Below are positions 9,664 through 18,278 of a stretch of 32,000 bases of DNA, one piece after another. Numbering within the stretch: the first letter of the stretch is position 1; each line of letters starts with the position of its first letter. The stretch comes from Promethearchaeota archaeon (GTDB lineage: Archaea > Asgardarchaeota > Lokiarchaeia > Sigyniarchaeales > Promethearchaeaceae). Location: contig JAFGBS010000002.1 of the NCBI GenBank assembly GCA_016933055.1, positions 120,001 through 152,000 of the forward strand. Direction: 5' to 3'. The notes under the pieces are model-generated. The model ran no database searches. It was not told where the DNA came from and was given only the letters and a program-made list of their open reading frames with translations. The translations under genes and the position numbers were made by a program.

Positions 9664-10137
9664 TTACCAAGGCATACCTAACGCAGAATTTAGGAACGAG
9701 TATAGATTTGGAATTAATGTATACATTAAGAAAAGCAAGAATAACGAAATCAACGCTATCCAAACAGCATTTCCCCATGTTTCATTAATGAAGAATTTTA
9801 CTAACACCATGAATATTAAAAATTGAATAACAGCTACTAAAGTGAATAAATAATTCCCACCAGTTCCTAATACTGAGGGCCATTGGCTTGCAGGCCAGCC
9901 CACAATGGTATCCAACCAAGTTAGTACATATCCAACTGCTCCACCAATGATAGGTAACAGCAAAATGGTTACAAGTGCTAGTATAAAAATCATAATGATT
10001 TTATCTTTTGCCTTGGTTTTAGATGCAATCCATCGAGTTGCTAACCATATAAATAATCCGAGTAACATGGTGGCAACTACTAACCAAAGAATAAAAAATA
10101 AAATATCTTGTGTAGTTTGTAAGATCATGTTCATCAT
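9664..10137 (-). CDS. Hypothetical multi-pass membrane protein (about 4 TM)
   Basis: 157-aa ORF with four long hydrophobic segments; family not recognised. Confidence 0.75.
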   Translation of the reverse strand: MMNMILQTTQDILFFILWLVVATMLLGLFIWLATRWIASKTKAKDKIIMIFILALVTILLLPIIGGAVGYVLTWLDTIVGWPASQWPSVLGTGGNYLFTLVAVIQFLIFMVLVKFFINETWGNAVWIALISLFLLFLMYTLIPNLYSFLNSALGMPW

Positions 10138-10216
10138 CTCGTAACAGACAGAATCTGTACTTAATTATCAGTAGCAAAAAATTTAAAGCTTAATTAATCA
10201 TTAGAGTGAAAAATTC

Positions 10217-10393
10217 TTAAGACCTAGCAATCAAAAACATATGAATACTAAATCCAATGCATAACGATGCTACCAATATCATGATAACAGAAAACGGGAT
10301 CGAGACATCTCGACCAAATTCTGTATAGATCACCAAAGCAATTGCGGCAAGCACACCAAACACAATCAGAATCCACGCAAAAACTAGAATCAT
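10217..10393 (-). CDS. Small 2-TM protein resembling oligosaccharyltransferase subunit OST5/TMEM258
   Basis: 58 aa from ATG 10393; two hydrophobic helices; LVASLCIGF resembles the LVASLFMGF segment of TMEM258 as recalled from memory. Confidence 0.6.
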   Translation of the reverse strand: MILVFAWILIVFGVLAAIALVIYTEFGRDVSIPFSVIMILVASLCIGFSIHMFLIARS

Positions 10394-10541
10394 AAGTTTT
10401 GCTTTACATGCAACCTTAAAACTTTTTTGATACAAAACACAAGCTTTCGTTAAGAATTAAGGCAAATTTTGACAACCATAACTTATAATAAATACAGTAT
10501 ATTCGTTATACCTACGAACAACTGAGAAATGGTGATAAAAA

Positions 10542-11465
10542 ATACACTTTCTTAAAGATCTGATTGAAAATCCCCAAGATGAAAATCCCGTTGAAAATGT
10601 ACCTCATATTCACCGACGATTTGTGCGGTATTCCAAAGGAGTGTTTGATGGACCAATGATACGATTAAAGTTCTCAAAAAGTAAGATAGTTATTGGTTCC
10701 TCATTTGAATACGAGGATATATTAACAATTATTTTACTAAAGGAGTTACCTGATTCCTTTGATGCAGAATTTGCAGTTTCAGGTAAGATTATCAGCGGAT
10801 CTGATTTTACACCCACTATGAAGAACTTAGGATTGGACTTAGGAGCAACCCAGAAAAAAGATAAAGAAACAAATAAAGTACAAAATTATGTATGTAATAT
10901 TAATTCCAAATCACCAGTTTGGGTCACAAAAGATACAATGATCCAACTTATGAACAAACTACATACCAATTGCTATCTTTTACTGGATTTTAAGATATAT
11001 CTTTGTTCTGAATGTGCATCAAATATGGTATTAGATCGCACAAAAAAATTATATCGATGTGCATCATGCGGTATAGAACAGAAAAAGCCAAAGGTTGAGT
11101 ACAGTATTACCACAAAATCAAGTCCACCACGCCCTACTACGAAACAGAAAGGGGTTCCTAAATCAGAAAAACAAAAATTAGCATCCAAAATTAAATTTTG
11201 TCAAGCAACTATGCCCAACACGGATTCCGCTAAAAAATTACTCTTAAATGAAATCACCTCTGATTTTTTGGATGAAATTCCATCCAATTTTAAGCAAATT
11301 GAACTGGTTAATAACTATCATATCAATAACCTAGTATTTCCGCCTAAAGAATTGCGAAAAAATTCAAAACTATTCCGCAAAATGACGATCCGAGAAGGAA
11401 GTTTGGAAAGAATTCTAGATGTTGATGGAAACTGTTTTGAGACTGTTATCCAGTTCAAGATATAG
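10542..11465 (+). CDS. Conserved archaeal hypothetical protein with internal zinc ribbon; probable ATA start
   Basis: Frame is open from a TAA at 10536; protein-like HFLKDLIENP...HIHRRFVRYSKG extends 27 codons upstream of the GTG at 10623; GGTGA at 10531-10535; CSEC...CASC. Confidence 0.75.
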   Translation: MHFLKDLIENPQDENPVENVPHIHRRFVRYSKGVFDGPMIRLKFSKSKIVIGSSFEYEDILTIILLKELPDSFDAEFAVSGKIISGSDFTPTMKNLGLDLGATQKKDKETNKVQNYVCNINSKSPVWVTKDTMIQLMNKLHTNCYLLLDFKIYLCSECASNMVLDRTKKLYRCASCGIEQKKPKVEYSITTKSSPPRPTTKQKGVPKSEKQKLASKIKFCQATMPNTDSAKKLLLNEITSDFLDEIPSNFKQIELVNNYHINNLVFPPKELRKNSKLFRKMTIREGSLERILDVDGNCFETVIQFKI

Positions 11466-11479
11466 ATATTTTAATTCCA

Positions 11480-11493
11480 TTTTTTTCTTTTTT
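11480..11493 (+). terminator. Oligo-T tract, likely archaeal terminator
   Basis: TTTTTTTCTTTTTT 15 nt after the stop at 11465. Confidence 0.45.
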
Positions 11494-11531
11494 CCATCAA
11501 TTTAGAACAAAATCGAAATGATATTTAATCT

Positions 11532-11555
11532 TGCATCATAGTTTTATATGATGCA
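11532..11555. promoter_or_regulatory. 9-bp inverted repeat overlapping the tfe start
   Basis: TGCATCATA-GTTTTA-TATGATGCA; the right arm contains ATGATG (11548-11553); AT-rich ATTTAAT just upstream. Confidence 0.45.
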
Positions 11556-12129
11556 TGAGGACAACCTTGATCATCGCGAAGAAGGGAATACTGGAGTTTT
11601 TCGACCAAAAAAACAATTAGACTGTACGCTTTTTGAAATACTTTCTGAGATAGGCGGAGAGATCTGCGTTAAAGTTGCAGAAGAATTATATAATATTAAT
11701 AAATCAGAGATTACTGACGAAGAACTCGCCGAAATCTGCGATATTAACAAGAACGTTGTGAGAAAAATTCTCTATATACTGTACGAAAATAAGCTCAGTG
11801 ATTATCGAAAAGAGAAAGAGAAGAAGAAAAACTGGTGGATCTATTATTGGCGGGACAACTTCGATAATGTACGTTCTTTTATCAAACTTAAACAGGAACA
11901 GGTGATTCAGAAACTCACTCTTCGTATGGAATATGAGGATAATAATGTATTTCATCGCTGTGAAAATGAAGAATGCCGTTATCTAGCACCATTTGAGGAG
12001 GCGATGGAATTAGATTTCCGGTGTCCTAAGTGTGATTCGAGTTTAAATCATTTCGAAAATGGAAATGTAAAAGAATTTTTGCGGGAGCAAATTGCGTTCC
12101 TTCGTGAAAACATCAAGCATTGCATTTAA
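11548..12129 (+). CDS. tfe: Transcription factor E, alpha subunit
   Basis: Winged helix ITDEELAE...VRKILYILYE, WWIYYW, Zn ribbon CENEEC...FEEAMELDFRCPKC. Confidence 0.93.
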   Translation: MMHEDNLDHREEGNTGVFRPKKQLDCTLFEILSEIGGEICVKVAEELYNINKSEITDEELAEICDINKNVVRKILYILYENKLSDYRKEKEKKKNWWIYYWRDNFDNVRSFIKLKQEQVIQKLTLRMEYEDNNVFHRCENEECRYLAPFEEAMELDFRCPKCDSSLNHFENGNVKEFLREQIAFLRENIKHCI

Positions 12130-12531
12130 TTATTAATTTTTGAGTACGTAAAAATATGGGATTTTAAAAAAAATTTTTAAAATTTACGGTGTTCTCGGAT
12201 TTTCTTCTCAAACTCTTGGATTTTTTCCATCATATAATCGTTCATGTTTTTTTACCTCCATGTGGGTTTTTAATGGTATGATTATATAGATCCAATTTTT
12301 ATATTTAAAGAAATTTGAGTCATCTAGGAGATTGACTAATCTAGATGGTTATTTCGGAGAACGACTTGATATAAGAAAATAATCTTTTTGGAGATCCCTT
12401 TAGCTATATGGTTGATCAAATAAGTAAATTGATCCATGAAAAACATCAAAACATTATGCAAATACATAAAAAGATCGTATAGCTAGTAAAAATTAATCTT
12501 ACGATTGTTTCAAGGTAAGGTGCTAATTATA

Positions 12532-13503
12532 ATGATAAAATCTACAGAATATCGTGTATCCGATCTTGTGATAGATGATGAATACGGTATTATAGATTCA
12601 AAAGCTACGGTGGAAGAAGCAGCCAGAAAGATGAAAGAATTAAATGTTCCTGATCTGGTGGTTCTGAATAATGAAGAAAAAGTTCTAGGTGTGATTGCAG
12701 ATTTCGATATTGTACGAGAGGTGATCGCGTCCGGAAGAGATCCCAAAACGGAGAAAGTGTTAGATACAATGTATACCATATCACCTGTTTCACTTGAAAC
12801 TACTGTAACCGAAGCATTTGAGCGAATGCGTGACTTGCATGTAGCTGTGGTTCCTGTAGTAGAAAAGGATAAGCTTATCGGAGTTTGCACCATCCAAGAT
12901 TGCTGGAGTTTTATTCCAGGTGAACGTCCCGACGATGTAGGAATCATTGCAGTGAAGAATCCAAAACAAGCTGAATTTTGGTTTGCTAGTGGATGCGCAA
13001 TTCTTGCACTTGTGTTGGGAATCATGCTTCCTATGGCTGGAATAACGGGGTATTTCACAGCAAATGCTGCTTCTTTATATGGAATTCCGGATATACGATT
13101 AGGAAACTATTTATTTTCCATGTTTCGTGCGGAAGGAGCCGGATTATTGACCGAATTGATTTTGAAGAGCGGTGGAATATGGGTACTTGTGGTGATTTGC
13201 AGCTACTTATTATTGATAGTGGGAATGGTAGGTATTTTTTCACTAGTATATGTCAGTTACTCTGATGCAAGATTTGTGAAGACCCATATGGTATTTCGAA
13301 CCATATTGCCATTTGTGACAATTGGATTAATTGCTTTAGAATGGATATTATATCTCATTGCATTCGGTGCATCCTCTACAGGCTTTCAGATTAGCCTAAA
13401 CATCCCAGGATTAATATTTTCCATAATTTCAATCGGATTGATTCTCGCTGCATTAGCAAGAGATTGGGTATTTAGAGAACAAGTGAAGGAGATGAAAGAA
13501 TAA
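12532..13503 (+). CDS. Tandem CBS-domain protein with C-terminal multi-pass membrane region
   Basis: CBS pair (ATVEEAARKM...LVV...LGVIADFDI; TVTEAFERM...VPVV...LIGVCTIQD) followed by about 4 hydrophobic helices; ATG 12532 preferred over TTG 12505. Confidence 0.8.
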   Translation: MIKSTEYRVSDLVIDDEYGIIDSKATVEEAARKMKELNVPDLVVLNNEEKVLGVIADFDIVREVIASGRDPKTEKVLDTMYTISPVSLETTVTEAFERMRDLHVAVVPVVEKDKLIGVCTIQDCWSFIPGERPDDVGIIAVKNPKQAEFWFASGCAILALVLGIMLPMAGITGYFTANAASLYGIPDIRLGNYLFSMFRAEGAGLLTELILKSGGIWVLVVICSYLLLIVGMVGIFSLVYVSYSDARFVKTHMVFRTILPFVTIGLIALEWILYLIAFGASSTGFQISLNIPGLIFSIISIGLILAALARDWVFREQVKEMKE

Positions 13504-14988
13504 ATGCCAAGGGGAGGGGGAGGAGGATTCCGTGGTGGAGGTTTCTCCGGTGGTGGATTTTCAGGTGGATTTAGTGGCGGAGGATTTCGAGGTTCTGCAG
13601 GAAGTTTCCGAGTAGGGACTGTTCGTTCTAATGGAAGACCGTTCGGACGAACAGGGGCTACTCGAACAGTATCACATCCGACTAGTGGACCTTACCGTCA
13701 TACATATTACCGTCCTGCAGGACGGTATTGGGGTTGGTATGGCGGGTATTATCGCCCTTGGTATTGGAGATGGTGGTACAGACCGTTTTGGTGGGCAGGA
13801 TATTACTATAGACCTTGGTTTTATACGCCTGCGTATATTGGAGGTGGACTCATCTTATTAATCGTACTTCCTTTGATTCTTCTACCTCTATTTGGAGTTG
13901 CGATGTATTTTCCTTTCTCCGGAGGAATAAGTAGCGATGGAACCGTGACTTACCGTTCAACCGAAACACTCAGTTTTAATGAGTATTGGTATGAGTATGA
14001 AGATATGAAAACTGGTAATACTATAACTTATTCGTTCCAATCGTCTCCAGGAGTGATATCGTGGGCAATATCAGACGAATCTTTCGAGGAATTACCCACA
14101 ACCACCAGAAACGGGCAGTTTCTCGATAGGGTTATCGTGCCTGGAAATGAAGGATATGAGTACATACTTCTGTTTTTACGTCCAGGTTCCAGAATCGATT
14201 ATGAATTCAATGCTTCAGATCCTATTGAATTTTTCATTGCAGACACACAAGATATGATAACGTGGAACAATTATGGAACTCCGGTATTTTACCGACATCT
14301 AGTTGATGTGACATCCGGAACGGGGATTCTTAATATAAACACTGCTCAGGATTATTATGTCGTATGGTATAATGATGGGAGTTCTGCCATTGATGTGGAT
14401 GTGAATATTGAATATTTAGAAACCGGAGTACCTGATCTCACAGCAGCAGATAAATATGGAATTGCTACCGATTTTGCTTCCGGAGATTTTACCGTAACCA
14501 GTGATGGACGATGGTATTTCTTTGTGTATTTTGATCCCATGCATTCTCCTGAGGAAACCCAAGAAATAACTTTCGATGTTCAATTTCAAATCGGAAAAGA
14601 GGGAAATCTACTTGCATGGGAACGAGCACGACCATGGTTAATCTTTTTTGGGATTGTGGCAGGAGTGGTTATAATATTCGCAGTTTTTAATCGGAGAAAA
14701 CAAAAAGAGTTCAAAACGACCAAAAGTGACGCACCAGGAATTAGTAATGAGTCGGGTAGAGATGCGGTAGAAGTAAAAACAGACAGTAGAACAACCGTGC
14801 CATGTCCTCGATGTGGTAGTTCCATGAAGTCCACAGATATTTATTGCCAGAAATGTGGAGAAAAAAGAGAAGGGAGGCGTGCTGGTACTGAGACTATCAC
14901 ATCTCGACAAGAGATTTGTGAATATTGTGGTGCAAAACTACTCCTTAATGCAAAATTTTGCACTTTTTGTGGTTCTAGTATAAAATAA
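13504..14988 (+). CDS. Two-TM protein: Gly/Arg/aromatic low-complexity N-terminus, beta-rich (GOLD-like) loop, two C-terminal CxxC-CxxC zinc ribbons
   Basis: GGGFRGGGFSGG repeats, YRP repeats, two hydrophobic helices, CPRC..CQKC and CEYC..CTFC; ATG directly follows the upstream TAA. Confidence 0.8.
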   Translation: MPRGGGGGFRGGGFSGGGFSGGFSGGGFRGSAGSFRVGTVRSNGRPFGRTGATRTVSHPTSGPYRHTYYRPAGRYWGWYGGYYRPWYWRWWYRPFWWAGYYYRPWFYTPAYIGGGLILLIVLPLILLPLFGVAMYFPFSGGISSDGTVTYRSTETLSFNEYWYEYEDMKTGNTITYSFQSSPGVISWAISDESFEELPTTTRNGQFLDRVIVPGNEGYEYILLFLRPGSRIDYEFNASDPIEFFIADTQDMITWNNYGTPVFYRHLVDVTSGTGILNINTAQDYYVVWYNDGSSAIDVDVNIEYLETGVPDLTAADKYGIATDFASGDFTVTSDGRWYFFVYFDPMHSPEETQEITFDVQFQIGKEGNLLAWERARPWLIFFGIVAGVVIIFAVFNRRKQKEFKTTKSDAPGISNESGRDAVEVKTDSRTTVPCPRCGSSMKSTDIYCQKCGEKREGRRAGTETITSRQEICEYCGAKLLLNAKFCTFCGSSIK

Positions 14989-14992
14989 TCCA

Positions 14993-15006
14993 TTTTTTTC
15001 TTTTTT
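14993..15006 (+). terminator. Oligo-T tract, likely terminator of the CBS/low-complexity gene pair
   Basis: TTTTTTTCTTTTTT 5 nt after the stop at 14988. Confidence 0.45.
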
Positions 15007-15088
15007 ACAGTCAATGTAAAAGCCTAGAGATAAATTGTGAAATTAAGAAGACGATTACACTTGTAATTTGGATAAAAAAAAGAATTAA

Positions 15089-15919
15089 TTAGTCTTTTCT
15101 AGATAGGGATGATTTTTTAAACCATGGAATAAGACGATTGGTTTCTCGGCGGTACTGCTGATAATCAACATTTTCTTGGAATCGTTTATCCAGCAGAGGT
15201 ATACCAGACAGAAACATTAACGAGACCCAAATCGCAATTGGACTGATTAAACCGATTACTTCGTAAGGAGAAGGCGTTATTAATCCCAAAACAAAAAATC
15301 CACACCACTGAACGATTTGTCCAAAGTAATTGGGATGCATTGAGTATTTCCATAACCCTGTCCGCAATATTTTCCCTTGATTAGTTGGATTGATCTTGAA
15401 TTTCCACATTTGAAGATCTGCCACAAGTTCTAATGAAAATCCCCCGACCCAGATTATCCCTCCAATGAGATAGAACAAACCATCTCCTTGCCATCCGCTG
15501 GAGACCGTGTAGTTAATTGCATAAACGGGAAATCCAATAATCATTACTGCGATCGCTTGTGGTAAATATAAAAACAGAAATCCTTTCCATGATGCAGATT
15601 TTCCGAAGTGATCTCGGTATTCTTTGAACCGTCGGGTTTCCCCAGTTTCTTCATCTTTTCCATAGTTTCGCAAGAAATGTATTACCGCTAATCGGACACC
15701 CGTGACTAAAATCAAAAATGTAGCAATGAGTTTCTGTCCGATAAATAAATTACCACGAAATATTCCTATTAATATTGCTGCAACCGGAAATCCTATTCCA
15801 TATGCAATGTTTACTGAATTATATCTCTTTTTGAGATATGCATAAAGGTATAATCCCCCAAAAAGTGCTAATATTATAAGAAAAGTAAACAAGTATGCTA
15901 ACCAAAATGATAAGACCAT
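15089..15919 (-). CDS. DUF1295 / steroid 5-alpha-reductase-like membrane protein
   Basis: LELVADLQMWKFK, LRTGLWKYSMHPNYFGQ, SGIPLLD, YQQYRRETNRLIPW; ATG 15919 preferred. Confidence 0.88.
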   Translation of the reverse strand: MVLSFWLAYLFTFLIILALFGGLYLYAYLKKRYNSVNIAYGIGFPVAAILIGIFRGNLFIGQKLIATFLILVTGVRLAVIHFLRNYGKDEETGETRRFKEYRDHFGKSASWKGFLFLYLPQAIAVMIIGFPVYAINYTVSSGWQGDGLFYLIGGIIWVGGFSLELVADLQMWKFKINPTNQGKILRTGLWKYSMHPNYFGQIVQWCGFFVLGLITPSPYEVIGLISPIAIWVSLMFLSGIPLLDKRFQENVDYQQYRRETNRLIPWFKKSSLSRKD

Positions 15920-16136
15920 TATTACCAACTATTACACAATTAATTACCTAACATATTGTCGGTCCCTATTTAAATCAAACTATGCATTCCGTTTCTTACA
16001 AGGGGAAGTATCAAAGATATTTGTAATATTATTATAGCTAGGGTTTTTAAGAGACAAAAAACTTCGAATTTTAAATAGATAGACAAGGAATTATAACGAA
16101 ATCAATGAATAATCAAACGTTCTGAAGGGAAATTAA

Positions 16137-16457
16137 TTGAATATTGAAACAACGTGCACCGAATTAGAATATTACGAGGAAATCATTCGTTATTATGAAG
16201 ATTCATTATCTTCTGCAAACCAAACTGAAATTGAAGAATGGATGGGTTCGAAATACATCAGCATTTTAGATGATCTGAAAAGTAAACGACCCATTTCTGA
16301 CGCACCCATAGAGGATGTGGCAAAAAATGCCATATTACTGATTTTAAATTTATTCAAAACCAAACAGACAAATTATAGTTCCGTAACGTGGAATTGTTTA
16401 TCTAAACAAGAGCGTAAATTGGTCAAAGAAGCACTATTTCATGTCCTAGAATGCTAA
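16137..16457 (+). CDS. Hypothetical helical protein
   Basis: 106-aa ORF, TTG start preceded by purine-rich GAAGGGA; fills an otherwise empty gap. Confidence 0.6.
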   Translation: MNIETTCTELEYYEEIIRYYEDSLSSANQTEIEEWMGSKYISILDDLKSKRPISDAPIEDVAKNAILLILNLFKTKQTNYSSVTWNCLSKQERKLVKEALFHVLEC

Positions 16458-16613
16458 TTTTTCTTCTTTGTTCGTGAAACTTCCATTTTACGGCTCAAGA
16501 TATCTCTTTAGATGGTACATAGGTACTATCTACATAATCAGTCTGAAAAACTCAAGAGAGATTTAGAGTAATAAAGAATAAAGAAAAAAAGCGTTTTCCA
16601 AGGTAATATCATC

Positions 16614-17882
16614 CTAAGATAATTCTAACTCGATAGATTTTGTTTCTTTGATAAAAATTAGAATTAACGGTATATTGATTAGGAGAACAAGACTTACAAT
16701 AAAAAATGAGGGGCCTAAAGTAACTTTAGTAATCAACCAAGAATTCAGAAATCCCCCTAAAATCGTGCCCAGAGCCGTCAATACCGAACGAATAGCTGTA
16801 CCGGTACCTCGAATATCAGTAGGAAGAATTTCGATAGAAATTAATCGGTTTACGACCCCTAAACTCCAATAAGTTAGAGAGGCAAGAGAAGCGCCTATTA
16901 AAAGAGCAATAAATGCGTAACTCGAGGTAGCTCCAAACACGGATAATGCAATAGACGCAGGAAGGAGAATCGAATAAATAATGAACATAGGTTTTCGACC
17001 AATTGTGTCCGAGAGAATGCCTGTTAAAAGATATCCGATAATTGCTGCCACTCCCATGGCAGTTATGACCCAATTTACTTGTTCTCCCGTAATATGATCG
17101 GATATGAATGCTTCCCCCAATTGTATGAATGTATAATTTAATCCCTGAAGGAATGACATAACCAAGATAGGTAGGAATGCAGTACGATATTTCCTTCCAA
17201 AGGGTTTGATGAATTTTCGTAGATTTTCTTTGGGGGTTGCTTTTTGAGTTTGGGTTTTCTTTAATTCATCAAATTTACGAGTTTCTTTGATCCAAATGAC
17301 GAGAAAAGAAATAGGGATAGCTAAAAAGGCAAAATACGTCATTCCTTGCCAATTGGTTGAGGTGTCTTCCGGAAGGAAAATACTCCGAAAAGTAGGCACT
17401 AAAAGGGCACCAATTACACCAAACACCAATATTAAGTTTAAGTTCAACCCCCGACGTTCCTTTCTACATTCCTCTGAAATATAGATCGTCCAAATATCCG
17501 AACTAAAGAAGATATACAGAAAGAATAAGGAAATACCATACTGAATGATAGATTGGGAAAAAAATATGACTAATGATGCAACACCCATGCCGAACATGGT
17601 AATGAACAAGAAAATGCGCCTGCCGAACACATCCGCAAGAACTTGATTGATAACCACAAATAACATGCCAATACTAGCTAATGCGACTACTAATGCCATC
17701 GTAGAATCTGCTTGAATTGGACTGAGATGACTTAAAAATTCCGCTTGAACCTTAGATACAATCACGTTGGGATATTGTGTTGTATAGGTATCAAAAATTT
17801 CCATAAAGCAAAGAAAGATGAAAAGAAACAGTAAATATCCTTTAGAACGCTGAGTTTCATTAGGTTGTTCTATGGATTCCAT
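16614..17882 (-). CDS. MFS transporter
   Basis: About 12 TM; LADVFGRR and LSDTIGRK loop motifs; SEECRKERRG; EILPTDIRGTG (sugar-porter-like). Confidence 0.9.
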   Translation of the reverse strand: MESIEQPNETQRSKGYLLFLFIFLCFMEIFDTYTTQYPNVIVSKVQAEFLSHLSPIQADSTMALVVALASIGMLFVVINQVLADVFGRRIFLFITMFGMGVASLVIFFSQSIIQYGISLFFLYIFFSSDIWTIYISEECRKERRGLNLNLILVFGVIGALLVPTFRSIFLPEDTSTNWQGMTYFAFLAIPISFLVIWIKETRKFDELKKTQTQKATPKENLRKFIKPFGRKYRTAFLPILVMSFLQGLNYTFIQLGEAFISDHITGEQVNWVITAMGVAAIIGYLLTGILSDTIGRKPMFIIYSILLPASIALSVFGATSSYAFIALLIGASLASLTYWSLGVVNRLISIEILPTDIRGTGTAIRSVLTALGTILGGFLNSWLITKVTLGPSFFIVSLVLLINIPLILIFIKETKSIELELS

Positions 17883-17913
17883 GACATTGAGTTAGTGTTA
17901 GAAATATAAAAAA

Positions 17914-18243
17914 CTATAATAATTTTTTACGGATTGCATCTAATGTTTGTTTTTGCATGGGATATTTCTCAAATGGTTCTACTAATTTTTCACAGGGATA
18001 GTAGGAACACTCAGCACATGTTATAAAATTTCTTTCTCTAGCACAAAGTCTAATTGTACATTTCTGACAAAAAAAAGGTAATTTTCCTTCTTCGGTATTA
18101 CACATATTGCAATATAATTCATTGATATCCAGATTCCATCGTTCTGCTGTTTTTTTTCGTAAATCTTCATCATTATTTCTTGTTGCAACATAAATTGGAC
18201 ATTTAGCACAATCTAATCCGCAATAAACTATATTCTCTTCCAT
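17914..18243 (-). CDS. DUF3795 family Cys-rich protein
   Basis: CGLDCAKCP...CNMC...CQKCTIRLCA...TCAECSYYPCEKL. Confidence 0.85.
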   Translation of the reverse strand: MEENIVYCGLDCAKCPIYVATRNNDEDLRKKTAERWNLDINELYCNMCNTEEGKLPFFCQKCTIRLCARERNFITCAECSYYPCEKLVEPFEKYPMQKQTLDAIRKKLL

Positions 18244-18278
18244 ATCCAGATCTAAAGGGAGTGTTGAATATAAAATAC

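Noticed and set aside
12510-13058. 182-aa minus-strand ORF
   Set aside because: Antisense shadow of the CBS-domain gene
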